From an uncultured Planctomycetota bacterium (GTDB lineage: Bacteria; Planctomycetota; Planctomycetia; Pirellulales; Lacipirellulaceae), in the NCBI GenBank assembly GCA_963719315.1, contig CAVRBU010000002.1:640001-704000 (forward strand): a DNA stretch of 64,000 nt, read 5' to 3'. Position 1 is the first letter of the stretch, and each line of letters begins with the position of its first letter. Below the pieces are notes generated by a model that was given only the letters and a program-made list of their open reading frames with translations, was not told the DNA's origin and did no database searches. A program made the position numbers and the translations under genes. Shown here piece by piece: positions 1 to 9,579 of this stretch.

Positions 1-1595
1 GCGTTTGACGTGTCGTCGTAACCCGTGCCGCCGGGCAAGACCACGTTGCCGTTCAACATTGGCGCGGGCCCGGAATTCATTGGCATATTCCCCTGGCCGC
101 TGTTGCACGACTGGCAACCACCGTTGCTATTGCAATCGTCGCAGCCGCAGGCGCTCAGGCTTTGCCGCGGATTGCAATAGGTGGGCACTTCCATTTGGCC
201 ACCGCAGTACAGGCCGCGGTTGGTGGGCGATGTGGTGCACGTGCCGGGTCCGCCGTCGCACGCCAATTCGCCGGCATCGATCGGGTCGACGAACTCCGGC
301 GTTACGATTACTAGTAACTCGATCTCGTTTACTTTGTCCCGCGTTCTTCGAAACGGCACGCCTATGACCGGCACGTCGGAAAGATACGGTAAACCGGTGC
401 TCAGCGTTTCCGTTCGTTGCTGAATCAATCCGCCAAGAGCAAAGGTTTGGCCCGCTTTCATCTCGACGGCCGTATCTACCTGGCGGACGGTGAGCGCCGG
501 GATGTTGTTTCCGTTTAGAATTACACTCAGCGTCGGGTCAACGTCGCTGATCCGCGGCCTCACCTCAAGGCGAATGTTTCCGTTCCCCAAGACGATTGGA
601 ATAAAGTCCACTTGTGTTCCATACGGTTTGTACTCGATGCTGGTGGTCCCCAAACTCTGAGGTATCAAGACTGGGAATTCACCACCAGCTTGAAACTGTG
701 CGGGTCGGCCGCTGATGGCCACGATGTTGGGCTCTGCCATGATCCGGGCAGCTCGGCATTCTTCGAGCGCATTGAGAAACGCTAGGAAGGAGCCATTGCC
801 ATTGAATACACCAAACTGGAATGTCTGCCCTCCGCTTCCAATGGGCCCTCCCACCTTTACGAGATTGCCGCCATTGCTGATAATCGAGCCAGCAGGCTGC
901 AGCAGCCCACTAACGTTCGACGCGGCGAGAATGCTTTGTCCGTTCAGCACCGCCCAGTCGACTCCCAAATCTCGCAGCTTTGTTCGCGAGACTTCCATCA
1001 CCTTGACTTTCAGGAGCACCTGCTGCACGCCGCCAACTGTAATGTTGTTGATCACCTTCGGGGCGTAGTCCTGGGCAAGCGCCATGATCGGGCTGATGTG
1101 GTCCGGCCGATCGACGAAGCCGGTTAGCACCAGGCTCTCGCTGTATCGATAGACCTTGATCGTGGCGTTCGGGAATTGTGTGTGCAGCGCGACCTGCAGC
1201 TCGCGGGCGTCGCCGTAGATTTGCACGTCGACCGAGTGGATGTTTCCGTCCTCGTCCCACAGATTGACCTGCGTGACACCCGCCTTCTTGGCGGAAATCT
1301 GCACCTGCGTGGCCGAGAGCGGCGTCACGGCCAGCAATTCGGGATTATTCACCTGCACGCGGGGAATGTTTTTATCGAGCGTCAGGATGCGACTGCTATT
1401 GGTCGTCAGCTCGAGCTTGTCGCTCAAGCCGCTGATCTTGCGAATGACCGACGAGGGGTCGGTGACCTGCGCGACCTGTGCCATCGCCGGCGCGGCGACG
1501 AACGCCCCCAGCGCAAGGACCACCGCGGTTGCGGTCGCCGTGACGAGAGCTGCGCGGCACGCGGAATAGCGGCGCGAGAGTTGGTTATCGTACAT
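1..1595 (-). CDS. cpaC: Flp/Tad pilus secretin CpaC/RcpA, 3' end beyond the window edge
   Basis: Not in the ORF track because no stop falls in the window. Manual translation from ATG 1595 gives a signal peptide, then LELTTNSSRILTL...VQVNNPELLAVTPLSATQVQISAKKAGVTQVNLWD, and secretin C-terminal motifs (AEPNIVAISGRPAQFQAGGEFP, TVRQVDTAVEMKAGQTFALGGL). Follows cpaB. Confidence 0.92.
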   Translation of the reverse strand, partial: MYDNQLSRRYSACRAALVTATATAVVLALGAFVAAPAMAQVAQVTDPSSVIRKISGLSDKLELTTNSSRILTLDKNIPRVQVNNPELLAVTPLSATQVQISAKKAGVTQVNLWDEDGNIHSVDVQIYGDARELQVALHTQFPNATIKVYRYSESLVLTGFVDRPDHISPIMALAQDYAPKVINNITVGGVQQVLLKVKVMEVSRTKLRDLGVDWAVLNGQSILAASNVSGLLQPAGSIISNGGNLVKVGGPIGSGGQTFQFGVFNGNGSFLAFLNALEECRAARIMAEPNIVAISGRPAQFQAGGEFPVLIPQSLGTTSIEYKPYGTQVDFIPIVLGNGNIRLEVRPRISDVDPTLSVILNGNNIPALTVRQVDTAVEMKAGQTFALGGLIQQRTETLSTGLPYLSDVPVIGVPFRRTRDKVNEIELLVIVTPEFVDPIDAGELACDGGPGTCTTSPTNRGLYCGGQMEVPTYCNPRQSLSACGCDDCNSNGGCQSCNSGQGNMPMNSGPAPMLNGNVVLPGGTGYDDTSN

Positions 1596-1658
1596 CCTTG
1601 TACTTCCCTTCGTGGTCGGGCGCGTCTTGCACGGCTACACTTCGCTGGGTCAAAATTC

Positions 1659-1683
1659 GTAGGGCGGGCGCCGCCCACCCTAC
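1659..1683. repeat. GTAG-type REP palindrome (family B)
   Basis: GTAGGGCGGGCGCCGCCCACCCTAC, self-complementary, intergenic between cpaB and cpaC; related to 3676-3737. Confidence 0.65.
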
Positions 1684-1695
1684 CTGCTGCACGGG

Positions 1696-2760
1696 TTACT
1701 TCTTGCGGGCGTCGTTGAAATTGATCGGGAACTCTTCGAGCAAATCCGTTGCGTCGCTCTTATCGGTGTGCGCGGGCTCGTCGTTGCCGGCATCGCCCTT
1801 GTGCGGTTTGCCGGAGGCGTGCGGCGTCGGGCCGCCGGCGCCGGTCTGCTCCGCGATCGGGCGAACCGGCCGGCCCGTGTCGGCGTCGAACAGCACTTCG
1901 CGAACGTTCTGTGCTTCGACCACCTCCATCCGGTAGGGATCTTTTTTCGGCGTGTTGTCGATGGCGCTGACGAGCGAATCGCCAGCGCCAAGTCCATCGC
2001 CCTTGGCCGTTCCTTGTTCCATTTCGCGGTTATTTTTTTCGCTGCCCGCGAGCAGATCGTTGACCGTGTACTCCGGCAAATCGGTCGAGGCTTCATCGTC
2101 GGGATTCCGTGGAATCAAGCTGAGCTCGCCGATTTGTTCGGCCAACGAGAGCTTGCTCGCTTGCTCGGGCGTCAGCATCAACGATACGGTCTTGGCAATC
2201 GTCTTGTCTTCGCCGCCATCGGGCGAGCGCTGCACCGTCTGGTCAACGGCGAAAACGCGAATGTTTTGCAAAATGATTTTTGACTTCGCCATATCGACCC
2301 CGCTCCGCGCATCCTTCTTGACGAACAATTGCACGTCCACGCGATCGCCAGGGCCCAACAACCCGCCTGCGCTCTTTTCGGCGTCTACCGAGATCGTTTT
2401 CAGCCGCATGCCTTTTTGGATCGAACGGATCGGATCGGCGATCTGCCCGGCGGCGAGCAGTTTGCCTTCGAGAATCGGCTCCCCCTCGATGATCGCCGTA
2501 CGCGGCCGACGGCCCTGCAAGTCTTCCAGCTTGGAAATGGCGCCTCGCGGTGCTTTGTCCTTCGGCCATTCTTGCAGCGACAACATCGCCGCGTCGATCG
2601 GATCGCCCAGGTTGATATTGTGCAGCGCCACGTAAATGGGCACGGTCTGAATCTTGCCTTGCGAATTGGCGTTGCGATCCATCACCTGGCTGATGCCGAT
2701 CGAGGCTACCAAGCCGCAACCCAACGCGAGCGCTAACAACATGAGCGATTTCGGTCGCAT
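1696..2760 (-). CDS. cpaB: Flp pilus assembly protein CpaB/RcpC
   Basis: N-terminal TM, SAF domain, GGLLGPGDRVDV and IILQNIRVFAVDQ motifs; lies between cpaA and cpaC. Confidence 0.95.
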   Translation of the reverse strand: MRPKSLMLLALALGCGLVASIGISQVMDRNANSQGKIQTVPIYVALHNINLGDPIDAAMLSLQEWPKDKAPRGAISKLEDLQGRRPRTAIIEGEPILEGKLLAAGQIADPIRSIQKGMRLKTISVDAEKSAGGLLGPGDRVDVQLFVKKDARSGVDMAKSKIILQNIRVFAVDQTVQRSPDGGEDKTIAKTVSLMLTPEQASKLSLAEQIGELSLIPRNPDDEASTDLPEYTVNDLLAGSEKNNREMEQGTAKGDGLGAGDSLVSAIDNTPKKDPYRMEVVEAQNVREVLFDADTGRPVRPIAEQTGAGGPTPHASGKPHKGDAGNDEPAHTDKSDATDLLEEFPINFNDARKK

Positions 2761-3079
2761 GATATCCCCCTAAGTTTCCGTGCGCCGCACATCCGGCAGG
2801 ATTTCCAGCCTGCCGTCAACGAGCACCAGCCAGTTCAGAAAGCCTGACGCACTCGGTAGCGACGCCGCAAACGGAACCTTGTCCGTTTCTTCGGCAAGTT
2901 CAGCAAATCCGTTTCAAGCAAATCCCCGCGCCTGCAAGGTCCCCGCAGCTTCGCGCGAAGCGACGGCAAAATGTCGCGAAGTGTCAATGATTGCTCAATT
3001 CTCCGCCGTGCTGGCAAGTAGCATCGCTTGCGCCTAACGGATTGGTCGCTTCAGCGTCTAGTCGCCTCCTGCTGCGGGC

Positions 3080-3655
3080 CTACATCAGCATTCCAGCCAC
3101 GGCGAAGTAGGCGATCGTGCCGATCGCAATAGGGATGCCGAAGGGCAACAGCATCATCGTCGGCTTCCGCTCGGCGGCAATCGCCGCCAGCTTTTCGGGG
3201 TCTTTGACGGTCAAAATTTCGTTGCAAATCATCCAGAACTGCGACTGGTGCTTGCCCCATTTGCGTTGGGAAAGGACCATCAGCACGGCGATGATACCGC
3301 CCACGACCGCCGATACGACAAACGCATACAGCGTTACGGTGCCCCATACCCAGGCGCCGACGCCGGCCAGCAATTTCACGTCGCCAGCTCCCATCCCGCC
3401 GATCGCGTAGAGCGGCATCAGCAGCGCGAGGCCGACCACCGTGCCGACGAGGCTGAACATCAGCCCTTCCCAGCCGGCGTACGGCGAAAACGCCGCGCTG
3501 TAAATCCAGCCGGAAATGATCATCGGAAACGTGATCCAGTTCGGCACTTTGAGCTTCAGGCCGTCGATGACGGCGGCCACGACCAGCGTAATCGTGACGA
3601 ACCAGACCGGCCAGTTATCGGTGAAGGAGCGAGCAATGTCGTGAGAGGTGAGCAT
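3080..3655 (-). CDS. cpaA: Prepilin peptidase CpaA/TadV (A24)
   Basis: AAVIDGLKLKVPNWIT, GGMGAGDVKL and LPFGIPIAIG motifs; multi-TM. Confidence 0.95.
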   Translation of the reverse strand: MLTSHDIARSFTDNWPVWFVTITLVVAAVIDGLKLKVPNWITFPMIISGWIYSAAFSPYAGWEGLMFSLVGTVVGLALLMPLYAIGGMGAGDVKLLAGVGAWVWGTVTLYAFVVSAVVGGIIAVLMVLSQRKWGKHQSQFWMICNEILTVKDPEKLAAIAAERKPTMMLLPFGIPIAIGTIAYFAVAGMLM

Positions 3656-3675
3656 GTTTTTGACCCAATCAATCT

Positions 3676-3737
3676 GTAGGGTGGGCACTGCCCACCGCGT
3701 TGTGCAATTGTCGAATGGTGGGTGGCGCTCACCCTAC
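3676..3737. repeat. Inverted doublet of GTAG-type REPs (family B)
   Basis: GTAGGGTGGGCACTGCCCACC ... GGTGGGTGGCGCTCACCCTAC. Confidence 0.7.
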
Positions 3738-3754
3738 AGTGCTACGGCCGAATG

Positions 3755-3862
3755 TTACGCTCGGGCCGCGAAGAACAATGTAAAGGCAACGCCAACGGCT
3801 GTGCAAAAGTAGCACACCATTTCGACGGCGGTCATCACTAGCTCGTGAGATAATATGGGCAT
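3755..3862 (-). CDS. Small hydrophobic protein (35 aa) in the tad operon
   Basis: Manual translation MPILSHELVMTAVEMVCYFCTAVGVAFTLFFAARA*; one TM-like segment, co-oriented between flp and cpaA; below the ORF-track cutoff. Confidence 0.5.
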   Translation of the reverse strand: MPILSHELVMTAVEMVCYFCTAVGVAFTLFFAARA

Positions 3863-4020
3863 TGCTTTTGGGACTCGCGGTTTGTAACGGTTAGCGCCGT
3901 CGCAGCGGAAGCGCCTTCTTTGAAAGCTTAGGTCACAAAAAGGGGCGAGGAGCGAGATTCGAGGAACGAGAACAGAAGCATAATTCTCGCACCTCTTTCA
4001 ATGCACCTGTCCGCTCCACG

Positions 4021-4052
4021 AAAAAACCCCTCGGCAGCGAACTGCCGAGGGG
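4021..4052 (-). terminator. Intrinsic terminator after flp pilin
   Basis: CCCCTCGGCAG-cgaa-CTGCCGAGGGG 11-bp stem followed by a T-run on the minus strand. Confidence 0.85.
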
Positions 4053-4102
4053 TGTCTGTTTCACATTAGCAAGTAGGGCATAGGCCCGTACCGGCAGGTC
4101 GA

Positions 4103-4276
4103 TTAACCGAGCTCACCCGCAACATTTTCGAACGTGGCGTTCGCGTTCGTACCGATCGAACGAATGGCGGTCAAGCACACGATCACGATCAACGCCAGCA
4201 TAACGGCGTATTCGACCGCGGTGGGACCATCTTCCGAGGCGAGGAAACGTTGTACCTTCACAGCAAGACTCTTCAT
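4103..4276 (-). CDS. flp: Flp family type IVb pilin (57 aa)
   Basis: Manual translation MKSLAVKVQRFLASEDGPTAVEYAVMLALIVIVCLTAIRSIGTNANATFENVAGELG*, with the G/xxxxEY Flp motif; GGAGGA RBS at 4281-4286. Confidence 0.97.
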   Translation of the reverse strand: MKSLAVKVQRFLASEDGPTAVEYAVMLALIVIVCLTAIRSIGTNANATFENVAGELG

Positions 4277-4553
4277 AGCATCCTCCGGTTCTCGGGCGGA
4301 CCTGTTTAGGTCATACCCTATTAGGTTGACGGGAACTGTAGTTGCTCCCGATAACTGGCCTCCCCGACTGCGAGCCGCAAACCACCCTTCGAGTGGCGTG
4401 CAACTGGGCCTGCAGTGCGCGGTCGTGAAGGCCTACCAAAAACGTGGAGTACTGCGACAATCAACCTCGCGTTGGCACGGAAAAATCCGCTTGTTTCGCT
4501 CGCAGCGGCCGCCCGGGCAATGCCCAAACGATCGCCGGTTCGCGACTGCCAAC

Positions 4554-4641
4554 ATCCTTTCGGCAACCTGGCTACCGGCCAATAATGACCAGCCCTTGGT
4601 TTTGCGCCCCAGCCTTGCGACTGGTTTGCCTTTTCGAGGAT
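4554..4641 (-). promoter_or_regulatory. c-di-GMP-I (GEMM) riboswitch upstream of flp
   Basis: Minus strand ATCCTCGAAAAGGCAAACCAGTC-GCAA-GGCTGGGGCGCAAAACC...GGTAGCCAGGTTGCCGAAAGGAT matches the GEMM-I core (GGCAAACC, GNRA loop, GCGCAAA, GGTAGC..GGTTRCCGA), with a P1 closing helix. Confidence 0.88.
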
Positions 4642-4688
4642 GATGACGCTGCAGGCCCTTGTTTACACGGAACGCCGCTTCGTCTCAC

Positions 4689-4746
4689 GTAGGTCGGGCT
4701 TCAGCCCGACGATCGATGAGGTTTGTCGAGCTGAAGCCCGACCTAC
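4689..4746. repeat. Inverted doublet of GTAG-type REPs (family C)
   Basis: GTAGGTCGGGCTTCAGCCCGAC ... GTCGAGCTGAAGCCCGACCTAC. Confidence 0.75.
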
Positions 4747-4896
4747 GGATCGGAAGAAAAGTTTCGCGTGGCTCACTCCCTTGCGGGAACTCACCAAGGG
4801 ACCGACGTTTTCACGTCATGTCTCCACCGCAAACCTATGTCAACTTCGCTCGAAGTCAAACGGCCGACTTGAGCCAAAACAAAAATCTTCCAAATG

Positions 4897-6268
4897 TTAC
4901 GGTGTTAGCACGTCAGCGGCCGCAATATCGTTGCAATCGGGCTTAACGTTGCTGTGCTTCACATGGCCGTTTGCGCCGGCAAGGCCGGCGGGCAAACCCC
5001 AAAACCGCACCATGCTGGCCGGCGTTTCTGCCGGTCGTAACAGGCGCAATGGATCGACTTCCTGCGGGCTGTATCCGAAGACGACCGGAATGCCGCGGCT
5101 GCAGTGCCGCGACCACACGCTCAGAGTGTACGCCCCCACGTCGCGGATCACTATCCAGTCGCCGGGTTCAATCGGCGGCAAGAGAATCTCACGAGCCAAT
5201 AGATCGCCCGCGAAGCAGAGTGGCCCGGCAATGGTTACGCGGGTCGGCGCTCCCGTTTTCGGCACACCGCGGCGATCTAGCACGAAGAACTCGTGCATCC
5301 AATCATCGGGCCGATAAACGGGACGCAGCAGAAAATCGGCGCCCAGGTGGATGACCGCCAGCCGCTGCTCCGGCTTGACGTACTCAACCCGGCTGACGGC
5401 GATCCCACAATTCGCGTGAATGGCTCGGCCAAACTCGGTGATCAGCCGCACGTTGGATGTGAACAAATCCGGCGACCACTCTTCGAGCAGCCTGCGATAC
5501 TCGGCGGTTGTCGGGGCCACATCGCCAGTGCGATAGACGGTCGGCAACCCGCCGCCGATATCCACGATCGGAACACAATTGCCGGTTGTGGCGATAATCT
5601 CGCGTCGCAGTGCCGCAATTCGCTCCACGGCATCGGCGAGCAGCGTTAATTGACAACCTTGAGAACCCGCATGGACGTGCAAGCCATTCAGCCAGGCATG
5701 TTCTGCAAAGGCGGCGATGATCCTAGGCCGCTCCGGCAGCAACGGCACGCCGAACTTAGAGCCCGCCACCGAAACGCTCGTCTGCTGAATGCCGCCTCCG
5801 CCCACCATCGGATTCACTCGCAGGCCGATCGGCGAAGTCGAGTGGCACGAAGTGTCGCGCGGCGGCAATCCGCTCCAGCTCAGCGAAATTGTCGACATTC
5901 AGATACACGCCCAAGCGGAGCGCGTGGGCGATTTCGTCGATCGTTTTTGCCGGCGAATCGAAGATCACGCGCTCCGCGGGGCAGCCGGCGGCGAGTGCCA
6001 ACTCAACTTCTTCAATACTCGCGGCTTCGAGCCCGGCCCCCGTTCGAACGACCTCGCGGAGCACTTCCACCAGGGGATTCGCCTTGATGGCGATCGCGTG
6101 CAGTGTCGAAACAGGAAAATCCGCCTGTAGCGCGGCGATCCGCGTCCGCATGAGGCCGAAATGATGAAAAATGGCCGACGTGGCGCCAGCCAATAGTGCA
6201 CAGCGCTGGGCGGCTTGAACGATTGTGGCCGCTTCTTGCAGGGTTAGCCGATGATTGAAGACGTCCAT
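4897..6268 (-). CDS. Fold-type III PLP decarboxylase (LysA/ODC family), apparent frameshift ~5860
   Basis: ORFs 5756-6268 (AIKANP, EAASIEE, FDSPAKT) and 4897-5898 (GLRVNP, HVHAGSQ, DIGGG, EFGR, GPLCFAGD, VGAY) join into one protein. Confidence 0.85.
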
Positions 6269-6298
6269 ATTGCTATTTCGGCAGTTGAAACTTTGTCG

Positions 6299-7869
6299 TC
6301 AGCCGTCCGCTACCAGCAAATCGATCTCCTGGTGGCTGATGGCTGACGTCTGATGGCCCTCCGCCAGGCAATCGATTTTTTGGCGTAAACCAACGAGCTG
6401 GTCGCGGAGCCAGTCCAAGCGATCCCCAAACGACTCGCCGATGCTCCGATCGGTTGCGACGCGCGTGATCAATTCGCCGCCGAGAGCCACTCGCAGCACG
6501 CAACCTGCAGGCCCCAGGGCAACCGGTTGCCCGATGTGGTATTCGCGCGATACGGTCTCTCGATCGAGGCCGCGGTGCTTGGCGGAAAGGTCGGTGGCGA
6601 GGTCGCGGTGCATTTTTCTAAGTTCCGCCTGGCCGAGTGTTTGCCGTTTACCCGGCGAAGTCACCCAGAATCCAAACACGGTGGTCTTGGATTCCAACAA
6701 CCGCTCGGCCGTGTCGTCGTATACAGGTGGAAACACAGGCAGCATGCGAATCGTGCTGGTCTCGCTCAGTATTCGGGCGCCTCGGCCTCGAAGAACCGCA
6801 GTACCCGCAGGCGAGCGCCGTTCGGAACGCGGTAGTATGTGTCCATTTCGGCGATGGCGGCCGACCATCGCAGTAGCAGGCCGTAGTTTGGCCGATCGGG
6901 CAACGATCGCCGGAGTTCAGGCCAGCTCTCGGGAAGTTCGCCCGCCGTAAAATAGTCTCGGAACCCGGCCGGAAGGGCATGAAGTTGCCGCCTGGTCGGA
7001 TGGAATTTTGGCGGCACCAACAGCGCCCCGGAAAACGGCGGGCCTCCGTAAAACTTGGAGCCCGTGAACATCACGAGATAATCTTTTTGCAGAACATCGC
7101 GTAATCCGCGCCGGCTAAACCGCCCCTGCGCGGCGTCGACGACCACGACCACGTCGTCGCTGATCTGCCTCAACCGTTCGATGCATGCCAGGCTCGGCGC
7201 GTGGACGCCCGTTTTGCTGTGTGCCACGATGTGGAGCAGGACGATGGCGTCTGCTTCGCTCGCCTCGATCACGAGTTCGATTGCCGCCGCGTCAATTTCT
7301 GACTCGGCTAGCATTTGTCCGCCGGCCGTGCGCAATTCGACGGTTTTGACGTCCGTTAATGAGGCCAGTCGTTGGTCGATGGGCTCGCCGACAACGACTT
7401 GCCGCCCGTTCGGCGTAAGACGGTCGTAGTGTCGGCAGGCCGCTGCCAATGGCGTGCCGCTGCCGACTTCCCCGGGGCCAACGACGATGTTCACAATCGG
7501 GCGATCGGCATTTCCGGCAGCCAACGCAAGCGCCATGAACTCTACGTCGGTCCCCGATGGGGCGAGCGCGATCTCAACGCCCGTAGGCAGCGTGAGCAAC
7601 TCCCGCAACCGCTGCCGCACCGTGCTGGCGTATGCAGTCGCGGCGGCATGCGAGTCGTCCGCGCCGAAAATCGTGCGGTGCGTATCCAGAGCGGCGGCGA
7701 AGCCTCGCTGCGAAACCGAAGAGCTCGTACACGATCCAAAGGGCACGGCCGCGCCTGGCCGCGGCAGGCACTCGTAGCGGTTTCGTCCCGTCCCGGCATC
7801 TACGTCCAGCCGAGTGTCGCCACCCAACGTCAGGACCTGTTCCAATGGTGAGCAAAGTGGCGGTATCAA
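6299..7869 (-). CDS. Fold-type I (class V-like) PLP-dependent enzyme, apparent frameshift ~6772
   Basis: VVVDAAQ and TGSKFYGGPPFSGALLVP motifs; the C-terminus continues in ORF 6299-6868. Confidence 0.75.
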
Positions 7870-7926
7870 GGATGACTCCCGGTTGACATTTGTCGGGCCG
7901 TCCGAACTTTGAACTTAGCGACTCGG

Positions 7927-9189
7927 TCAGGCCGAACCCGACGCACATAACTGCTCGTTCTCCTCGCGAACCGTGGCCGTGGCAGCGCTCGCTTGTTGAG
8001 GCCTCGTCAATTGGGACAGGTTTGCCCGCAGCCGCTCGCGCATCCGCTCCTTGGCCTTGTTCTTTCGCGCCTTTTTGGATTCCATAGCTTTCTTGGCGAA
8101 GTCCAGGTACCGGCCTTGCAGCAGTCCGGTATCGAAACAAAGTTGCTCCATGATGGGATCGCCGCCATCGCCCTCGAGCTCGACGAGCACCGGCCCGCCG
8201 TCGCTGAGCGCCACGTCCCAACCTTGGAAGTGGCAGGACGGAACCGCTGCCGCGCCGCGCATGACGATGTCGCGCATCTGCTCCCATTCGGGAAATACGA
8301 GGCCGGCGAACTTCGCACCCGTTTTGGGATGTTCTGGGACGACCTCGGTACCATTGCTCGTGCGCCGCAGAACGCGAGCGACCCGACCCGTGGCCACGTC
8401 CAAACCACCCAGCATGTTGCCAGCTCGCCAGAAGTTGTCGGCCACCGACTCACCGCTGGGAATTTTCCAGGCGGCCCGCAACAGCGACGGTCCATCGTCG
8501 TCGACCAGGACAAACATCCGCACGGTGCTGATCTGATCGCCAACCACGTCGGCGATCGCGGGGTGCGGCGTCAGGCGGGTTTGAAACAGATAGCCGCCCT
8601 CGGCGAATTTCTCGACCTCGCCCGCAAATTCGCTGACGGGCACGCGTCGCCCTCGTTTGGTGACGATGCAGTCGTCGCTACTGTCGTATCGCTCGATGTT
8701 TGCGACGCCCAAGCTGCACATCTTGTTCGTCGGCTTGCCGAACAGCGGGTAGTCAGCTTGCTGTCGCAAGAATCGCTCGACATCGGCCTTGCTGCGGAGC
8801 GTCATCGCGCCCGGGAACGTGCGGTCCCGATGGCGCATCGCCTGCGTTTCGGGAATCGGCAAGTCGTGGCCGCGCAGACGCGCCGTGAACGTGGGTTTGT
8901 CGTTGGCAATCTCCGGCCAAGGCATGGCCAGCGCTCCGAGCAGTTGGGCAAGCTGGTCGGTGCCCAAAAATGTCTTTTTCGCCTCGTTTGGGAAGCGCGC
9001 GTCGTCGTACAGCCGGTACAGGAAGTACTCACTGGGTTGAAGCCGACCCGGTCCCCAACCGAGGGCCGCAACGTCGCGAATCAGGCCGCCGAAACCTTTT
9101 CCCGATGCAAAGGCTTCGCGCAGCCATTCGAGATATTTCAGCCCTGTGTCGTCCTTTTTTGTATCGAGTGCAAAACCTGTACTTGTCAT
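7927..9189 (-). CDS. Sugar-transfer-associated type ATP-grasp protein
   Basis: ANDK, FGKP, YLFQTRL.PHP, STVR, ADNFWRAG, HPKTG, GWDVALSDGGPVLVELE motifs; GAGGTGG RBS upstream. Confidence 0.85.
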   Translation of the reverse strand: MTSTGFALDTKKDDTGLKYLEWLREAFASGKGFGGLIRDVAALGWGPGRLQPSEYFLYRLYDDARFPNEAKKTFLGTDQLAQLLGALAMPWPEIANDKPTFTARLRGHDLPIPETQAMRHRDRTFPGAMTLRSKADVERFLRQQADYPLFGKPTNKMCSLGVANIERYDSSDDCIVTKRGRRVPVSEFAGEVEKFAEGGYLFQTRLTPHPAIADVVGDQISTVRMFVLVDDDGPSLLRAAWKIPSGESVADNFWRAGNMLGGLDVATGRVARVLRRTSNGTEVVPEHPKTGAKFAGLVFPEWEQMRDIVMRGAAAVPSCHFQGWDVALSDGGPVLVELEGDGGDPIMEQLCFDTGLLQGRYLDFAKKAMESKKARKNKAKERMRERLRANLSQLTRPQQASAATATVREENEQLCASGSA

Positions 9190-9579
9190 CTCCCACCTCG
9201 CCTGGACTGGTTGCGGACTTACCTGTCAGAAAGTCTAGGTCCGTGCGCCGCCGAGGCTGGGAAAACCGTGATTTGCCATTTGCATCCCCCTGTGGCCAGG
9301 CAAGATGCTGGTTCGCATTAAGCGGATCGCACCGATCGAAGCACGCTACAACCGCTTGGGTCGGTCGTAACGATAATCCCGAAACCGCGCATTGTGCGGG
9401 TTGTGCGGGTGCCTCAGGGAGCTGGGTGCAACAAGACGCTGTCGAAAGCATAGAGTGGCACAAAGAATTCACGCCAGCAGTGCGGCTTCGATTACCATCG
9501 ATCGACGCTCACGACGACGCGGCCTCCGTCGAGCAACGCAAAGAGCTGATCGACTTCGTCACAATGCTCGACCGACGAT

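Noticed and set aside
4376..4415. Second GEMM-like string GCAAACCACCCTTCGAGTGGCGTGCAAC
   Set aside because: On the strand opposite to flp; lacks the GNRA loop, the GCAAA junction and the 3' GGTTRCCG motif.
4897..6268. Assigning the symbol lysA
   Set aside because: The specificity motif is CF rather than CE and the operon context is atypical.
7993..9321. Long antisense ORFs (this 442-aa one, and others such as 11076-11963, 40598-41557, 55750-56643)
   Set aside because: Shadow frames of high-GC genes on the opposite strand with no recognisable motifs.
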